Below, in pieces: positions 12,049-23,983 of a stretch of DNA of 64,000 nt (position 1 is the first letter of the stretch; each line of letters begins with the position of its first letter). Below the pieces are notes generated by a model. The model worked only from the letters and a program-made list of their open reading frames with translations. It did not search any database and was not told the origin of the DNA. The DNA is taken from assembly GCA_964270895.1 (NCBI GenBank), contig OZ185435.1; one strand, written 5' to 3'. This DNA is from Podarcis filfolensis (taxonomy: Eukaryota). A program made the position numbers and the translations under genes.

Positions 12049-12086
<38 letters not shown>
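12049..12086. repeat. (AC)19 microsatellite
   Basis: Read directly from the sequence. Confidence 0.97.
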
Positions 12087-12088
<2 letters not shown>

Positions 12089-13489
12089 CTTCAAGCACAT
12101 TATATTAAAGTTTCATTAGAATCCAAAAACAATTATGAGTCTGATATTCATTCAGTCTTATTATTTTTCTCAGACTCACAAAACTGATTTAATGTGAAAA
12201 GCCTGGCGTTTTGCGTTAGAACTCACACTCAGCCTTACATTTGAGCTGTTGTGTGGTGGGCATAGGCAACAAGTAACTGAAAGCAGGCAAAGATTTGGGC
12301 TGGTGGAGAAGGGGTACCCCATCCCTTCTCTAATGCCAGCAGAGAAATCAAGTGGGCTGCTGCATTGGGATAGAAGCGCCCCCCCATCTTTGTGAGCAGC
12401 ATACAAATGCAGCAGGTTGCTGGAGAAGGGACCAAGCTCATTGTCCTTCATCAGCCAACCTTCACTAGCAAGTAAGCAGACCACCCTTTGCAGCCTAGTA
12501 ACTTTTATGGGCTTATTTTCAGGGTGGTTGTCACAATGTATACTTTGCAGCTATGGTGGGCAAAGATGGCATTCTGCATTTATTCCTTTGCTATTAATTG
12601 GCTTTCTCTCAGCCCATTTACCCTTGATCCTCCCCCCCAAAAAACAAATTCCTTTGATATATGTACACTTGGTGCTTACTGCACTTGGATTTGTGCCATA
12701 TACTTCAAAGAGGTAGGCTGGTCTGAGCTGAAACTCAGTAGGCCCTGTGCTTGAAGGCAGCAGGAATATGGCTAAGAAAGGTTTGGTGCATCAGCTGCTT
12801 ATCCCCATCCAGATATGTGTTAAGCTGGTGACAGGCTAAGAAGACTGCTTTACCGGCCAGAGAGACTGGGATTAGGGTTCTGATGCCCAGACCAAAAAAA
12901 AAAAAAAATTAAAAATGGTCTGATGTGCTGACAATACATGGGTGACATCACCAAGTCTTATACAACCACATAACCTTTGGAGGTGGATATGCATACATAT
13001 GCATTTCTGCTTGACTATATTACTAAGACCTTTAAATAAAGGTTTCTCTAGGCTACAGGCCAGAGCTAATCACCTAGCACAGCAGAGGAGGATCTAAACT
13101 GTCTTAGCTGCTAAAGGCTGAGAGTGGGAAGGGAGGAGATGGCAGTAGGAGCAGCAGTGCCTCATCATCATTCCCACACATCCTCCTCCTTCTTCTCATG
13201 ACACAGGGAGCTCAGCAGATGGTAAGTGGGATTCAGCCTTGAGCAGTTTTGATGACGTGCCTAAGCCAGTGGAATGACTGACCTCTGGGGTTCAGGGATA
13301 TCTGGCTTCCCTGCCAAGCTCATATCCTTCCTGTAATCCAAACGCAACTGATTTGGCTACTGTCCTACATGTGAGGGGCAGCATATAAAAATCCAGCCCA
13401 ATGTGGACACGGGGCAGCTGCAGTTCCTGGACCACATGGCAATGAGAGCTAGAGATTTCTGTGCATATGGTCAGGCCACATTAACAGTT

Positions 13490-13592
13490 CAAGCCACGGG
13501 TCCCCAGATGTTGTTGGACTACAACTTCCATCATTCCTAGTTACAAGACTAGTGGTCAGGATGATGCTAGTGGTCAGGATGATGTAGTCCAA
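13490..13592. mobile_element. MITE fragment of the GGACTACAACTCCCATCAT family, with an internal 18-bp tandem duplication
   Basis: CCCCAGATGTTGTTGGACTACAACTTCCATCAT. CTAGTGGTCAGGATGATG is repeated at 13549-13566 and 13567-13584. Related cores occur at about 35260-35310, 48165-48280 and 48500-48545. Confidence 0.65.
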
Positions 13593-13594
13593 TA

Positions 13595-13596
<2 letters not shown>

Positions 13597-13628
<32 letters not shown>
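13597..13628. repeat. (AT)16 microsatellite
   Basis: Read directly from the sequence. Confidence 0.97.
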
Positions 13629-13632
<4 letters not shown>

Positions 13633-13644
13633 TAATAGATATTT

Positions 13645-13930
13645 GCAGCAGCAACCTGTACTTTGGAACTCCCTGCCTATCAACATTAAGGAAGTGCCAT
13701 CACTGCTCCTTTGGACACCTGCTGAAAACTTTTGTTTCAGCAGAGCTATCCAGACACATCAATTGGTTATAGCTGTTCTTAAATTCGCTTCAAATGTTTT
13801 ATTGTGTTTTATTGTTTTCTATGTGTTTTTAACCGTTTTAAAATGTATTCAGTTGTATTGTTATTACTGAAGTGTTTCCTGCCCTGGGCTCCTTTGGGAT
13901 GAATTCCAGGATACAAATTTAACAAATAAC
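13645..13930 (+). mobile_element. L2 LINE 3'-end fragment
   Basis: ORF 13643 contains LWNSLPINIKEVPSLL, the C-terminal motif of L2/CR1 ORF2. It is followed by a T-rich 3'UTR and CTGCCCTGGGCTCCTT...GGATACAAATTTAA. Confidence 0.7.
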
Positions 13931-14419
13931 AGAAAGAACAGCCAGAATGCCGGCCCACAGACAAAAGTGGATGGAGATTCTTACCTTTATTCAGCAGGGT
14001 ACATTCCAAAAAAGCAAATGTGAGATGTTTCTACACACCCTGACCCCCATCTTTTCCTCTTCCAAACAACCAAGCGAGTGTAGAACCACATACAAAGAGG
14101 CATTATCAGACAGAGTTCAACTACCCATTCAAACCAATAATGCTGGAGGGGGGCACAGAGCAGGGCTGATGAGGGGCCATGGCCTTAGGAGTCCTCAGTC
14201 CTCAGGCAAGTCAAGGCAGAGACTCCAAGGTGGTGGGGCTGCATTCACCCGAGACTGGGGTGTCTCAGCACATAAAACATTGTTTACATGGTGTGTCTCT
14301 GCTAGTAGAAAGCTTTTCCTAGACAAAAAAACTAAAACAAAGCAATTCTTTTTTCTAAATGGAGTGTTTTTTTGTTTTTACATTACAGCAGGGCTGGGAA
14401 ATTCACTGCACTGGAGCGG

Positions 14420-15750
14420 GGAGCGATGCAAACAATAGTTGCAATCCAGCCAGAGGTAGACCGACGAAGCCGCTGGAGCAATGCAGTTGGGGGCGGGGCA
14501 GAAGTGGACAGTCTCACAAGGTGCCATATGGCGAAGGAGCCAGCGTAGGCTGTCCGGCAAGCGGGCTTGCACAGTGGTGGTGCACAACATAGTAAGGATC
14601 GCAGGTAGTGCGGAGCGCGGGGGCGGGGAGGAAACCAAAATCGGAGCGCGAGGCGGGGAGCGGGGGAGGGGTAGAGAGATCCACCAAGGCGGCGATTGAT
14701 GCAGTGCCATGACAATAGGGAAGCGCCAAGGGCCCGCCGACGCAACGCACTGGAAGCGGGGGGGCGGGATGAATGCCTAACAAGTGCTCCTTGAGCGGAT
14801 AGGATCCCGCGGAGGAGGCTCTGCGGGTGTGGGCGCCTGTGTGACACACGCTCGCCTGTGCAGAGCCCCCGCTACCACCGCCGCGCGCTCCAGGCCCTAA
14901 GCGGCGCGGGGGATGAGGAGGGTTGGGGGCGGACGGCGAGGGAGGAGCTGGAAGGGGAACGGAAGGAAGAAGCAGCGGCAGCAGCAGCCTATTTGTTGTG
15001 TCCGTGGCGCGCGCCTGGCTGCATCCGCTCCAGGCAGCCTTTCTCGGCCGCCGCGCGCGCGAGGAGCGGCGGAGGAGCGGGGGGGGGTTGGGCGGTCGAG
15101 GGAGAGGACCTGGGCGCTGACGTCACGCGGAGCTGTCCCTCAGCACCGGGCCGAGCCGGGCGGGCTCTGGCGGGCCGGGTTCGAGGCCGGGCCGAGCAGG
15201 TAGGGGGGAACCGCCGCGGGGAAGAGGAGAGGGAGAGGGTTGCTGGCTGGGTCTGCTGCTCCTTTGCAGCGCCCCTTGCCGGAGGAGGAAGGGAGACGGA
15301 AGGAAAGAGGGAGAGAGAGAGAGACGGTCGCCCCCACCGCCGCTGGGCTGGGAAAAGGGAAGGAGGACTCGATCGCGGAGCATTAAATGAACGGGATTGT
15401 TGGAGAAGGAAAGAAAAAAAGGCGGCGCTGAATGACTGGGGAGCGCACAAAGAGCGAGCTGGGCGCCTCGGCAGCGCTGGGTAAATGCCAGCGAGAGGAA
15501 AGCCATGGATGGCCGTGCCTCGCTGTCTCTCCTGCCCGGGGGCAGCAGGCAGTGGGAAGAAGTTGGAGAGGCAGCGGGGTTGAGTTCACGTGGACGCCCG
15601 TCACCCGCGCAGCCATGCTAAAGCAGCCCTGAAGGCCGCCGAGCCAGGGGAGAGATGCGCATGAAGCGGGTAGCGGACGGGTGCTATTCCAAACTGTCCC
15701 CCACACATACCCAACAGGCTTCGCCCGTCCAGGGCTGCGGTGAGCCACAC
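14420..15750. promoter_or_regulatory. CpG island 2 (probable main TMEM198 promoter and non-coding first exon)
   Basis: High CpG density and several GC boxes. Perfect CRE TGACGTCA at 15118-15125. Plus-strand donors CAG|GTAGGG (15199/15200) and TGG|GTAAAT (15480/15481). Confidence 0.8.
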
Positions 15751-18719
15751 ATCACACTTTGCCAGGCTCAGGGATTATCAGCCTTCCCTCACCCCGCTGG
15801 AAGGGTAGTTCCAAAAAGTGTGTCTGCCTGAAGCTCCTACTTCTTCTGGCTTGTGTTGCTTAGATGTGATTCCCCGCAGGGAGAACAATAAAAGCCCAGC
15901 CTTCTATTTCTAGTTATTAATTAGCATAAACCTATGTCAACAAAGGCTGAGTTTAAAAGAAACAAAAGCAAAATCCTCGATTGGCTGGATGAAAACAATC
16001 CTCCCACTTCAAAAAGAGAACCATTGTATCCTAAGTCAAGATAGCTATCTGTAGGCATCTCTGGGTCCACCAGCCCAGGATCCCCTGGGGACCCCCTCTT
16101 TCCAAACAAAGGGAGTCTGGCAGGCTCCCCAGAAGTCTTTGCAGCTCTGTATCCTAGCAACTCTGCAGCTTCCCTTATGGGATCTGCCGGTCCCAAACAA
16201 GAATGAAACCTGGTCCAGCTTGTACTAGTGGCAGGAACAAGCTGATAAGTAGATGGAGCAGGCTGAGTTGTAAATGGATGAACAAAGCCAGGTATGTGTC
16301 AGGCAGGCAGAGGGGGGAGATGGAATGCAGGCTGGTGGAGCTAATCTACACCAGCCACCATAATGCCAACACAGGAACTACTTCAGAAAAGTTGTGCTTC
16401 CTAGAGAGGGGTATGAGTGTGGCTAATTTAGAGCTATCACTGCAGCATCACATTTTCCAGTTCTGCTTTCCGTTTGAATTGATAGCAGTCAACATAGGGA
16501 ATGGGTTTTCATCATACTCAATACTTGCAAAACAAAATAAGGAACCCTTTCCAGAAACACCTGCAAGTCCAAGGTTGGATGGGCAAGCTTTGTGCTTGGG
16601 AATAGAAAAGGTCAACATGTCTTGCTATGGAATGGGATAGAGTCTGTCAACCAGATTGCAGTAGAGGGCTGGCACTGCATGGAGCCAGGCAATGTGAAGA
16701 GAGGCTATGGTATGGTCATGTGAGATTTGCACGGAACAGGAAAGCATCAGGTTCTTGCAACCTGGCTATGCCCCAGTAAAGTGCATTTCTCCTTTGAACC
16801 TGCCCCATGCTTGATATCCTTCAGACACACTAGCTACAGGGACAAAACAGCTATCCTATGCTAGAGCCCTCCAGTCGGCCACTGAGAGGAGCATAGACAG
16901 GAAGATCCTGAGCTAGTCCTTCTCTGGAGTCAAAAATTCTTAGGTGCAGCCCACAGGCTCTGGGTAGTGTGTTTATATGTGTGTAATGCTTGCAGCTGAC
17001 TTTTGTACCAAGTGTGGTTGATTTGGGTGCTTTCCAATACAAGTGTTACAAAATCTTTTTTAAAAAAAAACAACAACATTCCTAGAACATAATATAAATA
17101 CCTTCTTGCCACCTCTGTGAAAACTCTGCACAGTGTTTCCTTAGAGCACAACTAGTGCAACTAGGAGTACCTGAAGGACAGGGCCCTGTCCTGCAGATTC
17201 TCTTCAAAGTACTGCCACTCCCCTGGGTTACTCCCAGGTTAATAGCATTCTCTCATTAGCAGCTTTTCAGCAAGCTGTCACAGTAATCCCAGTGGCAGGA
17301 AGAGGATAAGGTGCCAAGGATTCCCTTCCATATTGCACACAGATCCTATCAGAGTAGGTGTGCCTAACCCTAGCCCAGAAGAAAAGTTCCTGGCATAACA
17401 TTGTGCCCTGGCACTTTCCCCTAAAATAGGAACAGCTTGGTTATTCATGTTTCTGCATCCTGCAGCAAAAGGTGAGGCAGTGTCTTGCTAGTCCTTCCAC
17501 AACTATCCTTACCCCACTCCTACTAAGTAAGAATCCGCAACAAGCTCTCATGCCTTCCTCATAGTGTCTTCTGTTGGTCTAGACCTGTCTTTCTTTCCTA
17601 AAACTTCACATGCAGAATCTACATTGTCACAACCTTTTCTTATCATCTCCCTTGCTGAGAGAACCTAGGACTGCAGTATTGGGCACAGCTCCTTTGTGGA
17701 GTGGCCTGGTTTCCAGGACAATCCCAGACATACTCCAATCAGGTTTCCAGGAAGTGGTATAAAGAAAGTTCCTCTGCCTCCCTATTCCTCTTCCCTATGA
17801 AATAATCAAGATTACATTTGTATGAAAAGGTCAGTCTCCTTGCTCTAGTTGAGGGCGAAAGGGTTGTGTAGGCACACGTGAAGAGAGCCTGTGGGAAAGT
17901 GGGCACTCTTGCCCTCAATCACTGTGGAAGAGGATTCATCCAATTCCTGGACTGCAGTTGAGCCAGTTGGCCTGGAACCCATAGCAGGGTCATGATTCTC
18001 CTCTAGCTGCCTTGGGGGTGGGGAGCAACACTCAAATATATTAAACACTAAAAAGTATCAAGGTTTGAGTTTCCCTGCTCCCACAGAGGAGAGGAAAGGT
18101 CACGGGCTGTGGTACCTGGTGTCAGCCTGGGCAGAACCTTGTTTGTTCAGATACACACTTCTTAACAGGGTTTACAGATTGAGAGCCCCTCCTTACAGAA
18201 CAGGTATCTGTGTCTGTATCAGAGCTACTTCTGGGCCCATAGCAGACATTAGCTAGCTGTGAACTGCATTGGCCTTTCTTCCTCCCTAGGCAACAGGACC
18301 ACGTGGAAAGAGGGAGATTAGAATAACTGGCAGGGATTTGGTGCGGAGTGGGGGGGAGAGAGCTGGAAAGACTGTGCCACAGAGAAAAACAAATTGGAGC
18401 TTGCCTAGAGATAAACTGTTAAGGGCTGGATTTTCCACACTTAGGTTTGGAATTATTTTGGCAGATAGTTGCTGGCATGATGCCAAATGTTGCTGTTTGG
18501 GAACAAGAGCATGACAGTTTGTTTGTGTCAGCTCCATGGATCTCTGTGATTTTCAGAGATATAAACTAGGTGAGTGATTTCTTTTGATTGAATCTTGTTA
18601 TGGTAGAAATGTGGAGGATTTTGAGGTTCACCAAGCTTCAATTATGCAAGCTTACATGTTATACAGATATGACTAGTTCAACATCTTGCATATTGCTATA
18701 CCAACAAAAAGTTAGTTAG

Positions 18720-18776
18720 AATTGGACTAAATGATTCTCAGGAATCCCTTTCCAGCTCTATAATTCTATGATTCTA
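18720..18776 (+). mobile_element. CR1 LINE extreme 3' tail
   Basis: GGACTAAATGATTCTCAGGAATCCCTTTCCAGCTCTATAATTCTATGATTCT resembles the CR1 terminal ATTCTATG repeat. Confidence 0.6.
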
Positions 18777-19034
18777 CTTTGCATTTAGTAGCAATTTTTT
18801 GCTCTGAGACCCACATGGTGGCAATACTTTATTGATTTTAAAGTTGCCATTCCATGTGCACTTACTTGAATTAAATGGGATTTCTAAGTAAACACTCATT
18901 AGAGTGGACCAGAATTCCAATCCAGGAGCAAAGTGTTCAACAAGAGATCCTGGCATAAACTATGTACACAGACCAAGCATTTTGCTCCCACTTTCCCCAA
19001 ACCAGCTTACATGTTCAGTGGCAGCATACCTCTG

Positions 19035-19278
19035 AACACTCTTTAAAAGATTAGACAAATTCATGGAGGATAAGGCTATCAGTGGGGTATAGCCATAATG
19101 GCTATGATCTTCCTCCGCTTTTGGAGGCAGTATGCCTCTGAATATGTCACCAGGGAGCACAAATAGAGAGGGCACTGTTGTACTCAGGTACTGCTTGCAG
19201 GCTTCCCTGGGGCATCTGGATGCTGTACTTGATGGGCCTAAGGTCTGATCCAGCAGGACCGCTCTTACATTCTTAAAT
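19035..19278 (+). mobile_element. CR1-type LINE 3' end/3'UTR fragment
   Basis: TTTAAAAGATTAGACAAATTCATGGAGGATAAGGCTATC (..RLDKFMEDKAI) followed by a UTR ending GGTCTGATCCAGCAGG..CTCTTACATTCTTA. Same family as 60488-60980. Confidence 0.7.
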
Positions 19279-20109
19279 GCTAGGAATAAACAACAGGAAA
19301 GGGCTGTTGCCCTCCAGTTCTGCTTTGGGGCTTCTAAGAGGCATTGGCTGGCCACAGGATGCTGGGATACTGTAGATGGAGCTTTGGTTTAATCCTCCAT
19401 ATGTCTTATGGTCTTACATTTTCAATTATATTTAGAAGCTGTTTTTAATGACATAGACTACAGAAGCTTGTAGGAGGAACTACATTGGCCACAGTTGTGG
19501 GTATTACTCCATCCAGGATGCCTGGATTACCTGGCTCAGTTACAATGTTTATCATGGACCATTCCTGATTGTATGGCAGGTGGGTGTATATCAACCCCCC
19601 TCCAGATCAGTCAGTTTCCCACTGATGTTACTTGATGGAAAATCCTACATGGCACCTGGTATTCTGAAGATGTTGGGAATGAGCCCAGCACACCTCTAAT
19701 TTAAATCCCAATGTGTGGCTATTAACTCTGCATTTGTTAAGAGCCTGCCTTAATTTTGCCCATTTTACTGCTGTCAGGCAGCCCTCTGTTTTCTGCAGAG
19801 ACAAGTGGGAAAGCAACTTTCTGATAGTTTTGATTATCACTTCCCTGTGAATGATATACAGTACTTACTTTGCATCTCTTGATCCAGCTTGTCTGAATAC
19901 TGTGTGACATGATTCACTGATGTGCAGATCATGAGGCGATGATCAACCAGATAGTGATGATACAGGGGGAATACATATGGCTGTGTAACAATTTACCTTG
20001 CCAGTCATCTGTGATCTTCTACCAGGTGGTGAGGAGGGTCCATTATTCCCATTGCTTCCCTAGATTTCTGACAGGGAATGGATGTGGGCGGAATTGTCTT
20101 CACTGATAG

Positions 20110-20342
20110 CATAAGAACATAAGAAGAGTCCTGCTGGATCAGGTCATCCTGTTCTCACAGTGGCTGATCAGATGCCCATGGAAAGTCCACAAACAGGAGC
20201 TGGTTGCAATAGTACCTTCCCCACTTGCGATTCCCAGTGACTGGGATTCAAAGGCATATTGTCTCCGACACTGGAGACACAACACGAAGCCAGAAGCCAC
20301 TGATATCCTCCATGGATCTGTCTAATAACCTTTTAAAGCCTA
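20110..20342 (-). mobile_element. CR1-type 3'UTR fragment
   Basis: Begins CATAAGAACATAAGAAGAGTCCTGCTGGATCAG, the reverse complement of the family tail. Confidence 0.7.
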
Positions 20343-21059
20343 TGGCAGGACGTTATGGATGACCAGCTTGTCAAATGGTTACATGCCTACCGCAGTAAAG
20401 CTTCCATTGGCAAATGACGAACTATGTTCTCCATACAGTGGGCAGCTTTGACTTGAGGTGACAGCAGAAATTGAAGTTGCTTTGTCTTTGTGTGTTGAGC
20501 TGTGGAGGGGGAAAGTCCAAAGTTCTTAGTGTCAGCCGTTCTTGGTGTAACCCACATACCTAGAAGATTTACTTGCTGACATCAAATATTCTATATGTTG
20601 TTGTTTGAATGAAGTAAACCTTAGATCCTCCTAAGAATAAGAACTGGGTTAGCACAGTCCTCCTCAGGCAGTGCTTTTTCTGGATCTATAGCTCCCAAAC
20701 TTGATGGCAGGCCTTTCCATGTCACAAGGGTCACCAGCTCCTGCCAAGCCAGGAGCCACTTGGGAGTGGGAAGCAAGTGGCACTAGGATGAGCTGTTCTG
20801 TCCTTCTGTGACACAAGTTGTGTCTGTGGTTGCACTAATAGTGTGTGCATGATAGCCCCTTTTTATCTCTGCCAATTGTAATGTGGGGGTTTCAGGGGAT
20901 GTTTGAGGGCTATCAAGTGTCTGGGGAGCCAGCAGGGCGGACACATATTTGGAATAAGGGCCATTGGCACACGGCTTTTTTGGGGGGGAGGGGGGTTGCA
21001 GGTGGGATAAAAACTGAAGAGAATCAAGGGGGGGCGTGAGAGAGAAGTAAAGCCACATT

Positions 21060-21345
21060 CCAAGAGCGGGCGGGGCTTCGTGAGGAAAAAGCCGAGTTGC
21101 TGAAACAAAGCGAAAAAGATATAGCCGAGGAGAAGGCCGGCGTTTGGTAATTTCTCAGCATCCAATGGGAAAATGACTTGTTTTCCTTAGCAACAGAGAG
21201 TGCACCAATCCGTAGGCAGCATGCTTTCAGTACTAGCGGCCATTGGTGCTGGCGTCAGCGGGGAGGGGGGAATGGCAGACAGACAGACATGCAGACAGAC
21301 AGAGGCGGCGGGGAGGGGGACGCGCGCACGTTGGGATGAGATTTC
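21060..21345. promoter_or_regulatory. Third promoter-like element (GC box, three CCAAT boxes, RFX X-box-like site)
   Basis: GGGCGGGGC at 21068-21076, CCAAT at 21162 and 21205, ATTGG at 21242, GTTTTCCTTAGCAAC at 21180-21194, and a local CpG cluster. Confidence 0.55.
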
Positions 21346-21473
21346 CCAGGCTCCTGACCTGCTTGTGGGCAACATGTCTCCAGCCACGCTTTCTTAAAGT
21401 CTCCTCACCCATCCCCATGCCACTGAGCTCCTACCCTGAAAACACGGTTCTTCTGTGAAAGGGGATAATAATA

Positions 21474-21518
<45 letters not shown>

Positions 21519-21620
21519 TATACCCCGCCCATCCGGCTGAGTTTCCCCAGCCACTCTGGGCGGCTCCCAATCGAGTGTTAAAAACAATACAGCATTAAAA
21601 ATTAAAAACTTCCCTAAACA
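21474..21620 (-). mobile_element. L2 LINE 3' tail with (ATT)n tail microsatellite (21474-21518)
   Basis: Reverse complement reads TGTTTAGGGAAGTTTTTAAT...GGGAGCCGCCCAGAGTGGCTGGGGAAACTCAGCCGGATGGGCGGGGTATAAATAATAAT. Same family as 56355-56570. Confidence 0.8.
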
Positions 21621-22741
21621 TTAGCTACAATGCTTCCAAAAACCTCACCTGTCTGGAAGTGGGTTCAGAAACACTCCCCCCAAACCCCAGTTGCATCATT
21701 AGAGTGTCCTGTCCTTTCTTACTTGGGGGCTGCTGGAGTGGGGAGGGCTCGGCTCGTGCTGGACGGATCTGAGCATGTGTGAGCAAGGGAGAACTAACAC
21801 AAAAGGCTTTTCTCTGTTGTGCCTTCCAGCCTGCAATCCACCAGAAATGAGGAAATGGGGAGGGGTTGGGGTGCGGACAGTGCTCTAGCCTACAACAGCA
21901 CTCAGGGACTCTCTAATCCGCATTTGCAGCTGCTTTCCAAGGCTGAACATCAGAGGTAAAGAAGAAGGAAGATGCTTTAGCCGACTAACCAGTCCTCCTT
22001 TGTCTTCAGAGCTGCTCTCAGCCAGTCAGCCATCCCGCACGCAGGGTTAATGAAACTCAAATCTCTGGCAGATGCTTTTCCCGAACTGCTACATCTCCCT
22101 CTTTGGTGACTCATTCTCCTACCCCACAGGTTCTTTGAGGAAGAAGGTGGGGTGGGGGTGAGTGTTGGAAGTGGGGGAGCATGTGCGTTGCTAAAAGTAT
22201 CATCTGTTCTTTGCTCGGTTGCCGTGGAGACCATACGGTGGCGATTCTCTTTATAGCCACATTCCCCGCCGCCCCGCTTTTCCATTTTGGAAAGTTGTTG
22301 TTGTCCCATCCCTTGCTCAGCGCCCTCCTCTTCCTCCCAGCATTGCTCTGATTCCATTCCGACATGGAATATGCCGCTAAGCTCCCTGGCAGGCTGAGGC
22401 TGGGGTGACTCAGTGAGATTGGTACTCCTGGGACAGAGGTGGAGAAAGATCAACGGGAATCCTGGAGGCCCAGCTAGGATGCTTGGCCTGCTTTGCCCCT
22501 TGCATAATATATTGCCAACGCTCAAACCATCTTTTTCCTTGCCAGGAATGACTAGTTGGACTTGGCTTGGGGCCCAGGGAGTTAGTGGGTGTTCCCATCT
22601 CTAATCTCGTCACTTTTTTTAAAACCCTCATTGCAGCCTCCAGAAAAGTGGGAGTTGTTTCTTAATGAGTGGAACAGCCCTGCAGAGTGCGGAATACATT
22701 ATGCCTTCAGGTCTCACCTTTTTTGTCCCATCCGTCCTCAA

Positions 22742-22761
22742 TCTCTCTCTCTCTCTCTCTC
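22742..22761. repeat. (TC)10 microsatellite forming the polypyrimidine tract of the TMEM198 start-codon exon
   Basis: Directly upstream of CACAG|ATGG (acceptor 22766/22767). Confidence 0.9.
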
Positions 22762-22855
22762 CACAGATGGAAGCAATGCCATGAGACAGCATCCCCCGCA
22801 GGTGACGGGGAGGGAGTGGGGAGCCTGACATTGCCCCAGGAGACCCTGAAGAGCC

Positions 22856-23018
22856 ATGACGTCAACAGTACAGACCCTGCGTTTCCCGCTGCTGCCGCAC
22901 GTGCCAAACCAAGACCGGACATACAGCTGTGAGGAGGAGATTGAGCGGCGCTACCAAGTGGTACCCTCAGTGGTCTGCGCCATGTGCTGCCTCTTTGGGA
23001 TCATCTACTGCTTCTTTG
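22856..23018 (+). CDS. TMEM198: Transmembrane protein 198, coding exon 1 (exon starts at 22767)
   Basis: MTSTVQTLRFPLL...CEEEIERRYQVVPSVVCAMCCLFGIIYCFF(G). Kozak GCCATGA, donor TTTG|GTGAGA. Confidence 0.95.
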
Positions 23019-23983
23019 GTGAGAAAGGGTTTGGGTGGGTCTGTGTGCTGTCCTAGGTGCCCGGAGGACAGTTTGAGCTGAGGCATGGGGGCAAAGGAGA
23101 TCAATGAACTCAGTGCCCTTATGAGGCCCAGGGAGCCCATTCCACTCAAAGCCAACCCTGTGTCACAGTATGTCTGCAACAGGCATGAAGTGGGACTCAC
23201 GCTTGAGCTTGCACTCAAAACTATGGGGGCATTTTTGAATATGCATGTTTAGGATGAGGCTGCTAGGGAGATGGAAAAGGCAGGTTCCCAGTTTTTGTAG
23301 CTTACTGCTGGCTTGCTCTATTAGCCCTCCCCATTCAACACCTAATGCACTAAACAAGGGAGGGGGTTGATTTGTATTTTAATCATTATAATTTTGATAT
23401 GCAATATGCTAACAGTTTGATATGGAAAAAAATAAATAAACCTAACGTAATTCCAAGCTGTTCCAACAGCAGAGAGCTGTGTTAATGCTTTTGATTCTAC
23501 AGAAGACACCCAAGTGGGTGCTTTAGCCTGTATGGGTCCTTGCCAGTCCATGTGACTTACAGGAACTAGCATTAGTTTTCCAGACTGCATAACGGGGCTC
23601 CTTTGCTGACCGCATCAGCGTCCCAGGAGAAAAAGCTAGCACTGGCTTTCCCTGAGACACTGCTGTGCATCCACTTATGCATTACACAGATCAGTTGGGA
23701 GTGTGGTGAATGCTCATGTAAGGCAGCATGCTCTTTGAAGCCCTGGATATTAGGACTCCCCAGCCTTTGTGATATAAGCACAGAATATCTTTCTCTGTGT
23801 GTAAGTGTAGGACATTGCGTAGGTATTCTGCATGAGCCTCCTAAGTCAGAGGCCAGGACTTTCAGTGCAGGTGGCTCAAAGGAATGTGGATGGTCTGCCC
23901 TGCTCAACCAAACAGATGGGCGACCCGTCCTGTGTTCCTGACTGCAGCAACAGCTGCTAGCATCCATTTCTTCCTTTCCTCAG

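Noticed and set aside
14378-15748. Overlapping ORFs of 100-208 aa in CpG island 2
   Set aside because: Same GC-rich artefact, with no coherent homology or codon pattern.
16203-16640. 145-aa intronic ORF and similar isolated 100-160 aa ORFs (for example 26543, 30129, 38346, 42790, 58113)
   Set aside because: No recognisable domains, exon structure or codon bias. Lengths are compatible with chance.
22130-22157. Possible 17- or 28-nt TMEM198 5'UTR microexon (CCCCACAG|...|GTGAGT)
   Set aside because: The splice motifs are plausible but isolated and common by chance. It cannot be supported without RNA data.
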